A stretch of 23,580 nucleotides of DNA from an uncultured virus (IMG/VR IMGVR_UViG_3300049139_000197) (taxonomy: Duplodnaviria > Heunggongvirae > Uroviricota > Caudoviricetes), in the IMG/VR virus record IMGVR_UViG_3300049139_000197; one strand, 5' to 3'. The translations under genes and the position numbers were made by a program. Positions 8,838 through 16,098 of the stretch are shown piece after piece. Each line of letters begins with the position of its first letter. Positions within the stretch are counted from its first letter, which is position 1. Under the pieces are notes generated by a model, which saw only the letters and a program-made list of their open reading frames with translations, did no database searches and was not told where the DNA came from.

Positions 8838-9581
8838 TTACCGGTAGTGGATGTTGACGCCGGGGGCGACGGAGGTAACGTCGGCCGGGTCGAAGGAAAC
8901 GGGCAGCAGGTTGGCGTAGACCTCGCCGAACCACAGCAGGGGGCCGGTGGCCTTGGTGGAGCCCGGGGCGAAGAGGACTTCCTGGGCCAGCAGGCCGGCG
9001 AAGACTTCGGTGCCGTCGGTTCCGGCGACGTTGCCGCCGGCGCGGGCGGTGGCGATGGTGACGCCGGGGCTGGATCCGCCGGTCAGGCCCGCGCCGGACG
9101 CGGTCAGGGCGGCGGCGTCGGTCCCTGCGAGGGTGCCGGCGAAGCGCACGTAGTAGGGGCCTGTGGGCTGCCCGTCGACGAGGACGTCACCGACGGCGAT
9201 GTTCGACAGGGCTTCGAGGGCGTGCTGGACCTGGATGGCCTGCGCGTCGAACGGGATCGCGGCGGTGGTCTGCCCGCTGTAGGTGAGGGTGAAGGTGCCG
9301 CCGGTCGGGGATCCGGTGATGGTCACCGACTGGACCTCGCTGGACACACCCGAGTAGGGGGCGTACAGCCCGGACGCGGTGATCTTGCCGAGTGCGATGC
9401 CCGACTTGAGGGTGGCGCGGGGCTCCCATGCGGTGGCCGGCTCGTAGTGGACCCCGGACGTGAACTTCGTCAGGTCCAGGGTGATGGTGTTGGTGTCGTT
9501 GGTGCCAACCAGGCTGGCGAGCCACGCACGCTCGGCGTGGGCGTCCTCGCGCAGGACGGTCATGGGCTGGAAGTCGTTCAC
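8838..9581 (-). CDS. Head decoration protein with inserted extra domain, 247 aa
   Basis: GTG at 9581 follows GGAGAGG. gpD-like segments LKSGIALGKITASGLYAPY and DGTEVFAGLL are separated by an insert of about 100 aa. Lies directly upstream of the capsid gene. Confidence 0.78.
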   Translation of the reverse strand: MNDFQPMTVLREDAHAERAWLASLVGTNDTNTITLDLTKFTSGVHYEPATAWEPRATLKSGIALGKITASGLYAPYSGVSSEVQSVTITGSPTGGTFTLTYSGQTTAAIPFDAQAIQVQHALEALSNIAVGDVLVDGQPTGPYYVRFAGTLAGTDAAALTASGAGLTGGSSPGVTIATARAGGNVAGTDGTEVFAGLLAQEVLFAPGSTKATGPLLWFGEVYANLLPVSFDPADVTSVAPGVNIHYR

Positions 9582-9600
9582 GGCCCTCTCCAGGGGTAAG

Positions 9601-9677
9601 ACGTGGCGCGGTTGCGGCAACCGTTCGGGTTGCGTCCACGGGGAGAGGGCGTGGTCCCAAGCTGTGCGTGCGGGTTG
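9601..9677 (-). promoter_or_regulatory. Structured leader element, copy B (upstream of decoration-capsid unit)
   Basis: Minus strand CAACCCGCAC..GGGACC..GTG-GAC-GCAACC-cgaac-GGTTGC-CGC..CACGT; covaries with copy A. Confidence 0.5.
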
Positions 9678-9679
9678 TT

Positions 9680-10471
9680 CTAGGCGGCGGTGTCGCGGAC
9701 CTTGCCGCGGCGGCGGAGCATCTCGCGACCCTGGTCGCCGGGCTTGTGGGTGGCTCCCCCGGGCCGCTGCCCGGTGGCGGGTGCGCCGCCTGGGGCGGGC
9801 GGCAGCAGGCTGGACTGGGGGGCGGGCGCCTGCCCGAACAGGGCGGGGTGGCGCTGTTTGACGCGGGCGGCTGCTGCGGCGACGTCGGCGGGTTCGGCGT
9901 CGGGGGTGTCGCGCAGTTCCCGCTCAAGGATCGCGAGGGCGTCTTGAAGGTTCGGGGCGGCCACCTGGCCCTGGTCGTCGAGGACATCCAGGGCGCCGAG
10001 CCGGGTCAGAGCCTGCTCACGCTGCATGGCTCGCCGGGTGGACGCAATCTCCGCCTGCTGCTGCTCGATCCTCTTACGGTCCGCTTCCAGCTGCTGCTGA
10101 GCGCGTTCCTGCTCTGAGAGGGCTTCCTGCTGCGCCTGGCGGGCTGTGGCGATGAACGCCTTGGCGTCATCGACGTTGCTGAAGCCGTGCTCCTTGGCGA
10201 AGTCTTCGAGGGCCTGGCGGGCGCCGGCGCGCTTGCCCTGGTCCTTCTCCTTCGCGGCGAGCGCGTTCAGCTCGTCCTGCGTCATCGACACGGTCGGCGT
10301 GACGGGCGGGGCGGGCTTGGGAGGCTGCGGCGCCGGGCTCGGGTCACCCGCGGACGCTACTGGCGGGTTGCCGCCGTCGTTGTAGAACACGGCGAGGGCG
10401 TCCGTGCCGGTGTAGGGGTGGGCCCAGCCGGGGGCTGCCGGGCCGGTGCGGTGCTGCGCGGGGCGACGCAT
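9680..10471 (-). CDS. Capsid scaffolding protein, 263 aa
   Basis: ATG at 10471 follows GGGAGG. Pro-rich N-terminus, TQDELNALAAKEK motif, coiled coil, HPALF motif; lies between portal and capsid genes. Confidence 0.8.
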   Translation of the reverse strand: MRRPAQHRTGPAAPGWAHPYTGTDALAVFYNDGGNPPVASAGDPSPAPQPPKPAPPVTPTVSMTQDELNALAAKEKDQGKRAGARQALEDFAKEHGFSNVDDAKAFIATARQAQQEALSEQERAQQQLEADRKRIEQQQAEIASTRRAMQREQALTRLGALDVLDDQGQVAAPNLQDALAILERELRDTPDAEPADVAAAAARVKQRHPALFGQAPAPQSSLLPPAPGGAPATGQRPGGATHKPGDQGREMLRRRGKVRDTAA

Positions 10472-10505
10472 CAGTACAAGTCCTCCCAGACTCGCTCGTA
10501 CTCCA

Positions 10506-10555
10506 GGCCCCGCGCCTAGATCCAAGTGGAGCACAGAAGTCACGGCGTGTTCCCC
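10506..10555 (-). promoter_or_regulatory. Putative late promoter, copy 3 (scaffold)
   Basis: GGGGAACA-N17-TCCACT-N7-AGGCGCGGGGCC. Confidence 0.7.
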
Positions 10556-12435
10556 CCGCTCCCCCGCACCCCCGTCGTCGCGCCGGTCTCGGCCTCCTCG
10601 TCGTCGGCGGGGTCGCTGCTGGCGGCGGGCAGGATGACGGCCGGCGTCTCGGGCTCGTCTGGTGCCTCACGGCCCAGGAACGAGGCGACCTCGTCTGGGT
10701 TGCCGAGGGCGTCGGCGAGGAAGCGGGCGTCTTCGAAGGAGCGGGCGTCGATCCGCTTGATCTCTTCGGCGGCGTCCTCGATGGGGAAGCCGGCCTCCAT
10801 CAGCATCTTGATGCCGGTCTCCTTGGACAGGATGCCCTTCTCCACTCCGGTGGCGACCTGCTCGAGGACAGCCTGCTTGTCGGTCGGCGTGTACGACCCG
10901 AACACGAGCTGCGCCGGGAGCGGAGTGACGCCCGTCCAGCCGGGGTGCTGCCCGGCGATGTGGAGACGTTGCACCATCTTCAGCAGCAGCGCGTACTTGT
11001 GGTCGCGGGCCAGGCGCATGCTCGCCACGAGGGAGTCCAGCGGCCCCAGGGACAGTTGCATGGCGTACCCGGAGGGGACCTTGGAGGGGTCCATGGTGCC
11101 GAGGGCGACCGGGGGGATGCGGGCGACGTTGGAGGCCCGGTCGGCGAGGTCGTGCCGGTGTTCACGCAGCTCGCGCAGGGCGGGGCTGGTGTCGATGGTG
11201 GTGAGCTTGCCGTCGGGGCCCAGGGTGAAGACGGCTCCGGGTCCGACGATGAAGTTCTGCTTGGGGTCGGTGACACCGGAGATACCGACCATGGGCTGGC
11301 CAGTGGTCGCGGAGGCGCGCGAGGCGTCCGTGTCGGATCCCTGAAGCTCGTCGAACACTTGCAAGACCTTGGCCAGCGATGACTGGCCCCAGAACTCCTC
11401 TGCGGACGGCACCGTGTTGGGGACGTGGATCACCGGAACGAAATCGATGTACAGGTCCAATTGGTCCAGGACCTCGCCGTCGGAGCGGGTCGCGTACACG
11501 GCCTTGTCGAGGGGGAGGGTGTCGACGTCGATGGGGCCGCGCAGATCCTGGATGTCCCAGGTGGCGTCGGTGAGATAGCAGGTCAGGGTGGACGGTTCGT
11601 CGTTCCACGCATACTGCCGCGACAGGGCCCCCGATGTGGGGTCGACCTGGTCTCCGGGCCGGACGACGGGCACCGTCTCGCCGTCGGGTCCTTCGGTGGT
11701 GAGGGGTGCGCGCACGGCGCGGCCGCGTTCGTCGACGCCGGGTCCGCTGGCCGGTCCGATTACGGCGAGTTCGAAGGTGATGCGTCGCAGCCGGGCCGGC
11801 AGGTCCCGCTTGGGGTCCTCGGGCAGTTCCCACGCGAAGTGCACACGGTCGGGGAATTCACCGCCGTCGTCGTCCTCGCCGATGATCGGGAAGAAGAACC
11901 CGGGGTCGACGGCGCGGAGGGTGACGCGCCGCTTGGCGGGGTCCCACGCGAGCCGGTACACGCCGTCGCCGAGGGAGACGGCCTTACGTTCGGCCTGCTG
12001 CATCCGCATCGCCAGCAGTTCATCCTCCGCCCAGTCCCGCAAGAGTTCCTCCACGCGCTGCGCGGCCGCGGTCTCTGGGTCAGGTTGGCCGTCTCCGTCG
12101 TGTTCGGCGCCGGGCACGACGATGTGCTGCTCACGGCCGAGGACGTTCGCCATGACCGTTTCGATGAACATGCTCGGGTCGCCGAACTCGCGACGTTCAG
12201 CAGCCGAGGGCCCGTCGGTGATCTCGGCGAGAGCTGCGGCCTGGTTGTTGTCGTAGGCGGCGAGGAGCTTGTACGCGGCCAGGCGGCGTTCATCGGCGGC
12301 CGGCACCCACATGGATTGGGCTTCAGGGAAGGCGCGACGGCTGGGCATGCCGCGGGCGTCACTGAATACGGGCTTGTAGTTCAGCCATGACCAGGCGTCG
12401 ATGACGACCTTCTTGGCGCCAGCAATGAGGCCCAC
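10540..12435 (-). CDS. Portal protein, 631 aa
   Basis: Follows TerL; RBS GGAAGGA. Motifs AVSLGDGVYRLAWD, VDPGFFFP, PVIHVPN...WGQSSL and PSGYAM fit SPP1 gp6-like portals. Confidence 0.9.
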   Translation of the reverse strand: MGLIAGAKKVVIDAWSWLNYKPVFSDARGMPSRRAFPEAQSMWVPAADERRLAAYKLLAAYDNNQAAALAEITDGPSAAERREFGDPSMFIETVMANVLGREQHIVVPGAEHDGDGQPDPETAAAQRVEELLRDWAEDELLAMRMQQAERKAVSLGDGVYRLAWDPAKRRVTLRAVDPGFFFPIIGEDDDGGEFPDRVHFAWELPEDPKRDLPARLRRITFELAVIGPASGPGVDERGRAVRAPLTTEGPDGETVPVVRPGDQVDPTSGALSRQYAWNDEPSTLTCYLTDATWDIQDLRGPIDVDTLPLDKAVYATRSDGEVLDQLDLYIDFVPVIHVPNTVPSAEEFWGQSSLAKVLQVFDELQGSDTDASRASATTGQPMVGISGVTDPKQNFIVGPGAVFTLGPDGKLTTIDTSPALRELREHRHDLADRASNVARIPPVALGTMDPSKVPSGYAMQLSLGPLDSLVASMRLARDHKYALLLKMVQRLHIAGQHPGWTGVTPLPAQLVFGSYTPTDKQAVLEQVATGVEKGILSKETGIKMLMEAGFPIEDAAEEIKRIDARSFEDARFLADALGNPDEVASFLGREAPDEPETPAVILPAASSDPADDEEAETGATTGVRGSGGNTP

Positions 12436-12458
12436 AGCTGTCCTTCCCGCTGATCCCA

Positions 12459-12508
12459 GGCCCCGCGCCTAGTGATCAGGGTACGGGCGTGCGGTCTGAA
12501 TGTTCCCC
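12459..12508 (-). promoter_or_regulatory. Putative late promoter, copy 2 (portal)
   Basis: GGGGAACA-N17-TACCCT-N7-AGGCGCGGGGCC. Confidence 0.75.
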
Positions 12509-12520
12509 TTGTTCCCCTCG

Positions 12521-15157
12521 CTACCTGCGACCTCGGAGTCTTTGGTCGCTGTAGTGCTGTGTGCCCAGGCCCTGCTGTGCCGGGTCGGCGAGCTCGGTCA
12601 ACGCGTGCACGTAGGCGTCCATGCGGTCCGGGGAGTCCATGCCAGGCAGCCAGGTGATGAGCTGTCCTTCGAGGCGCGGGAACTCGCCCACATGGTGGAT
12701 GAGGGACTGCGCGGCCAGCTGGGCGATTGGTTCGGCACGGAGCTTCTTGCCTTGCTTGGCGTGCACGGGGATGATCCGCGGCATGAGGAGGCCCTTGGTT
12801 TCGCCCTCTCGCTCGAGGTCGCGCCAGGCCTGCCGGATGATCTGCGAAGACTGGTCGCCGCCGAAGTTGTCCTCCACCACGAACGCGTCGGCTTGCAGTT
12901 CGATGGCGAGCCGGCAGGCCTCGTGGCCCCACGTATCGGCGCCCATGTTCGCGGACCGGTCTGCCAGCACGTACATCTCGCCGGATGCCGTGCGGCCGGC
13001 TCCGACGATGCCGGTTTCGTCGTGGGAGGCGCCTGCTCCTCCGGCCATGTCGACGGCCACCACGACGCGGGATAGGTCGACCCCGCGGAACGCCATGGGG
13101 GTGATCCGATTGCGGGTGATCCAGGCCCACTGCCAGACGCCTCCCTCGAGGGGGCGGGGCTGCTGTTGGTAGAGCGCCCACCAGACGCGTTCTCCGACTC
13201 CCCTGCGGATGCGCTGGAGATCGTCGACGTTGTACCGCTCCGGCCAGAGCGCTTCGCCTTCCTGCCGCCCGAGGGGGTCGTCCTCCGCCATAGCGATGGC
13301 GGGCAGATCCAGGACGGTCCATTCATCGCCCTCGGTCTCAAGGAGCCGGCCGGACAGGTCGTCGGGGTTCCAGCGAGTGTTGATGACCACGAGGGAGCCG
13401 TTGGGCTCCAGGCGGGTGAGGGCGACGGATTGCCACCAGTCCCAGACTCGGTTGCGCTGCGTCTGGGACTCGGCGTCGTCGGATCCTTTGAAGGGGTCGT
13501 CGACGATCAGGCAGTTGTGGACGAGTAGGCCGTCAGCAAAGAAGTTGCTGTTGCCTTCCACTTGGATGTCATGGACTCGGACGCCTGGCGCGTGTACTCG
13601 GCGAACCAGGGATACGGCGTCACCGTGGACTTGTGGTGCACCATGTGGCAGCCGTAGCAGAGCAGCAGCAGGTTCTCGACACGGTTGTTCGCTGGGTCCT
13701 CGTCGATGTGGTGCACGATCAGGTTGGACTTCTGCGCGGGTGCTCCGTTTCGTGTGTACGTGATCGGCTTGAACGGGGTGGCGCAGACGACGCAGGCATC
13801 CTTGTCCCGCTCGAAGATCAGAGGGCGGGTCTCCCTGAACCACTTGCTGTAGCTGGTGCCGTCCTTGTAGTGGGAGTTGCCCACTCCGAGCATCCTGATC
13901 GAGTGGGCTTTGTCCGCGCAGGGACGGGAGCAGTACACGGTCCGGCTGCTCTTCGGACGAAAGAACAGACCGCACATGGTGCAGGGCTTCTCGGGATGGT
14001 TTCGAGAGGCGGTGATGCACTCTCGCCCGCAGAACCGGTTGGCCGCCTTCTTCGGCATCGGCTCGTCGCAATGCTCGCATCGGCGCGCGTTCTTTATCGC
14101 GTGATGCGCCTGCGAATGCGGCTTGCAGCAGTAGAAGGAGAAATGACCACGGCGCAGTGCCTTGTTGTACTCGTACCGCGGCTTCTTGAATTCGTCGCCG
14201 CACCACAGGCAACGCAACAGAATCTTGACTGCTCGCGCCTGGTTGTAGCAGTCCCGGCATGACGGCCCGCGCCCGTCGCGCCCCTTGTCCTTGTCGCACA
14301 GGATGCAGTGCCGGTTGGTTCGGGAGACCGTGCGCACCAAGCCGGTCCCCGGGCCGTAGAGACGCGGCCGGCCGGTAACCGGATCCAGGGACATAGACGG
14401 GGTGATCTCCGGTAGCCCGTACTCGATTCCCACGAGCGCTGGTGACTTCGATGAGTCCATCGGCAGTAGTCGTCCTCGTTGCCAGAATCCGGCGCCATTC
14501 AGTTCGGCCGGTCGCATGGTTGAAGGAAAGGACTCGCGGCTTGTCGTTCATGGCCACGAGTTCCGATATGTAAATTTTACCGATTTCCGTGGTCACCAGG
14601 GTCTCATCGGGAAAACAGTTCGCCCCTTTTCCTGTGAGGCCACCCCCCACGCCAGCCGTCACCATTCCGCCCTCGTGTCCTGCAATGTCGAAGCGGTTGG
14701 CGGCATGTGAGGCCGGGTTGAGAGCGATGCCTAGGGCTTCGGCATATCCGGTGATGGTGTCTCGGATCCACCGGCCGTGGTCGTCGGCCAGGGTGGCGCT
14801 GTAGGAGGCCAGCATCAGGCGGTGGTCGGGGTTCTTGCGCAGGTACCAGACGGGTGCCCAGCGTGAGGCGCGGCGGCTCTTCCCGTGACGTGGTGGCATG
14901 GTCAGCATGACCTTGACCCGCTCCCCTGCCGCGATCCGCTGGAATGCGCGGTCCACCAGGTCGAGGTGCCGGGCTTGCATCTCCCTGCCGTTGGTGAGGA
15001 CGGCGGCGAGAGAGCCTGGAGACCGGTCCATGGCGATCTCGCGCTCCACGGCCAGAAGCTGGGACCGCAAGTCCGGGGAGGCCTGACGGGCTATCTCTAG
15101 ACGCTGCTCGTCGGGCAGTGTCCGGTAGGCCTGGAGGAGGTCACTGTTCGCCGTCAC
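12521..15157 (-). CDS. terL: Terminase large subunit precursor (878 aa; 510 aa after intein removal)
   Basis: Walker A region MPPRHGKS, Walker B LIVDDP, coupling motif NTRW, ALYQQQP, nuclease motifs VVAVD and PDRMDA. Confidence 0.95.
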   Translation of the reverse strand: MTANSDLLQAYRTLPDEQRLEIARQASPDLRSQLLAVEREIAMDRSPGSLAAVLTNGREMQARHLDLVDRAFQRIAAGERVKVMLTMPPRHGKSRRASRWAPVWYLRKNPDHRLMLASYSATLADDHGRWIRDTITGYAEALGIALNPASHAANRFDIAGHEGGMVTAGVGGGLTGKGANCFPDETLVTTEIGKIYISELVAMNDKPRVLSFNHATGRTEWRRILATRTTTADGLIEVTSARGNRVRATGDHPVYVPGSGYRPAASLRPGDRLGAHGLPNQPALHPVRQGQGARRARAVMPGLLQPGASSQDSVALPVVRRRIQEAAVRVQQGTAPWSFLLLLLQAAFAGASRDKERAPMRALRRADAEEGGQPVLRARVHHRLSKPSREALHHVRSVLSSEEQPDRVLLPSLRGQSPLDQDARSGQLPLQGRHQLQQVVQGDPPSDLRAGQGCLRRLRHPVQADHVHTKRSTRAEVQPDRAPHRRGPSEQPCREPAAALLRLPHGAPQVHGDAVSLVRRVHAPGVRVHDIQVEGNSNFFADGLLVHNCLIVDDPFKGSDDAESQTQRNRVWDWWQSVALTRLEPNGSLVVINTRWNPDDLSGRLLETEGDEWTVLDLPAIAMAEDDPLGRQEGEALWPERYNVDDLQRIRRGVGERVWWALYQQQPRPLEGGVWQWAWITRNRITPMAFRGVDLSRVVVAVDMAGGAGASHDETGIVGAGRTASGEMYVLADRSANMGADTWGHEACRLAIELQADAFVVEDNFGGDQSSQIIRQAWRDLEREGETKGLLMPRIIPVHAKQGKKLRAEPIAQLAAQSLIHHVGEFPRLEGQLITWLPGMDSPDRMDAYVHALTELADPAQQGLGTQHYSDQRLRGRR
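13507..14337 (-). CDS. Zinc-finger HNH homing endonuclease nested in the intein in the +1 frame
   Basis: Repeated CxxC/FCxxxC fingers (CILC, CRDC, CLWC, CEHC..FCGREC, CTMC..YCSRPC), GNSHYKDG, then RDKDACVVC..LIVHHIDEDPANNRVENLLLLCYGCHMVHH. The frame is open from 14517; the likely start is GTG 14337 or TTG 14340 after GGGGA (start uncertain). Confidence 0.88.
   Translation of the reverse strand: MRTVSRTNRHCILCDKDKGRDGRGPSCRDCYNQARAVKILLRCLWCGDEFKKPRYEYNKALRRGHFSFYCCKPHSQAHHAIKNARRCEHCDEPMPKKAANRFCGRECITASRNHPEKPCTMCGLFFRPKSSRTVYCSRPCADKAHSIRMLGVGNSHYKDGTSYSKWFRETRPLIFERDKDACVVCATPFKPITYTRNGAPAQKSNLIVHHIDEDPANNRVENLLLLCYGCHMVHHKSTVTPYPWFAEYTRQASESMTSKWKATATSLLTAYSSTTA
13514..14617 (-). mobile_element. 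Class 1 intein in TerL (368 aa, residues 181-548)
   Basis: Starts CFPDETLV (Cys1), block B ATGDHPVY (TxxH), block F VHDIQVEGNSNFFADG, ends LLVHN with Cys+1. Removal restores GLTGKGAN|CLIVDDP. Confidence 0.95.
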
Positions 15158-15668
15158 TGGCGTCCTGGTCGTCGCCTTCCATGAGGGAGGGTGCGGTACC
15201 GAGTCCGATGAGCGCTTCGAGTTCGGCGGTGGTGGCCTGGCTCATCTGGAGGGGGCCGCCGCCGGCGCCGGTGACTTCGGCCTTGGCGGGCATGTCGAGG
15301 CCGTTGAGTTTCGCTCGGCGGTCCATAAGGCGGAGGACGGTGTCGACGGCCCGCATGTCCAGAGCGTGGTCGACGACCTCGCCGTCCTTGTTGAAGACCG
15401 GGGAGGGCTGTGTGGCGCGTGGCCATGCGGCCTCGAGGAGGGCGTCGAGGCGTTCGTTCTCCTGCTGCCGGTAGATGCCGACTTCGGCGGCTTCCTCTTG
15501 GCGGTGTGCTTCGAGGGCGCGGTTGAGGTCGCGGCGTGCGGCGTTGGGGCTGCTGTAGCCGAGGGCCTCGACGCGTTCGTCGTCGTATCGGACGCCTTCG
15601 CGGCGCAGCGCAAGGAGTTTGGTGCGTCGGACGGTGACTTCGTCCAGCTTGAGTTTCGACCAGGCCAT
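15141..15668 (-). CDS. terS: Terminase small subunit, 175 aa
   Basis: ATG at 15668 follows GGGAG. HTH-like LALRREGVRY..ALGYSSPNAA, ERLDALL and RLMDRRAKLNGLDMP; overlaps the terL start. Confidence 0.82.
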   Translation of the reverse strand: MAWSKLKLDEVTVRRTKLLALRREGVRYDDERVEALGYSSPNAARRDLNRALEAHRQEEAAEVGIYRQQENERLDALLEAAWPRATQPSPVFNKDGEVVDHALDMRAVDTVLRLMDRRAKLNGLDMPAKAEVTGAGGGPLQMSQATTAELEALIGLGTAPSLMEGDDQDASDGEQ

Positions 15669-15706
15669 GGCGGTGGGGCTCCCGCTCGATCGTGTGTGTG
15701 GTTGTC

Positions 15707-15756
15707 GGCCCCGCGCCTTGGTCGAATGATCGCCGATTGGGACGGTTGTGTTCCCC
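15707..15756 (-). promoter_or_regulatory. Putative late promoter, copy 1 (terS-terL)
   Basis: GGGGAACA-N17-GATCAT-N7-AGGCGCGGGGCC. Confidence 0.7.
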
Positions 15757-15765
15757 CGGGTATGG

Positions 15766-15803
15766 CACGGACCCGCCACCGGGGGGAGGGTGGCGGGTCC
15801 GTG
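15766..15803 (-). terminator. 15-bp perfect hairpin separating transfer and virion modules
   Basis: CACGGACCCGCCACC (15766-15780) / GGTGGCGGGTCCGTG (15789-15803), just upstream of late promoter copy 1. Confidence 0.65.
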
Positions 15804-15845
15804 TGGGGCTCGGGTTCCGTAGGGGGACGGGTGGTCCCGAGCGGT

Positions 15846-15965
15846 TCAAGAGGCCTTGCTGCTCCGGCGGCCGCGCCACGCCTTGTACGCCTTGGACCAC
15901 AGAGGGTTGAGAATCCCACCAGCGAAGGCACCCACCATGAAGTAGATGCTCTGGTCAAGGCTCAT
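15846..15965 (-). CDS. Small membrane peptide, 39 aa
   Basis: Strong RBS AGAGGAG before ATG 15965; MSLDQSIYFMVGAFAGGILNPLWSKAYKAWRGRRSSKAS is one hydrophobic segment plus a basic tail. Confidence 0.55.
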   Translation of the reverse strand: MSLDQSIYFMVGAFAGGILNPLWSKAYKAWRGRRSSKAS

Positions 15966-16098
15966 GGCTTCTCCTCTGCTGCGGCTCTCGTTGGCGGGGC
16001 GGGGCGTCTCGGCGCGGGGGTGCTTTGACGTCCCGCCCTGCACGCCTCTGATGCTGCACCATGCGGCGGGGTTTGTCTGAGCCGCTATCCCCCGGCGG

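Noticed and set aside
7107..9599. 830-aa plus-strand ORF, and most other plus-strand ORFs in the track
   Set aside because: Antisense shadows of G/C-biased minus-strand genes; Gly/Arg/Val-rich with no recognisable motifs.
13633..14262. 209-aa plus-strand ORF opposite the HNH gene
   Set aside because: Antisense shadow of the HNH ORF with no independent signal.
14094..14498. Third minus-strand frame also open inside the intein (134 aa)
   Set aside because: Ala/Arg/Thr/Ser-rich with no motif or clear SD; open frames of this length are common in high-GC DNA.
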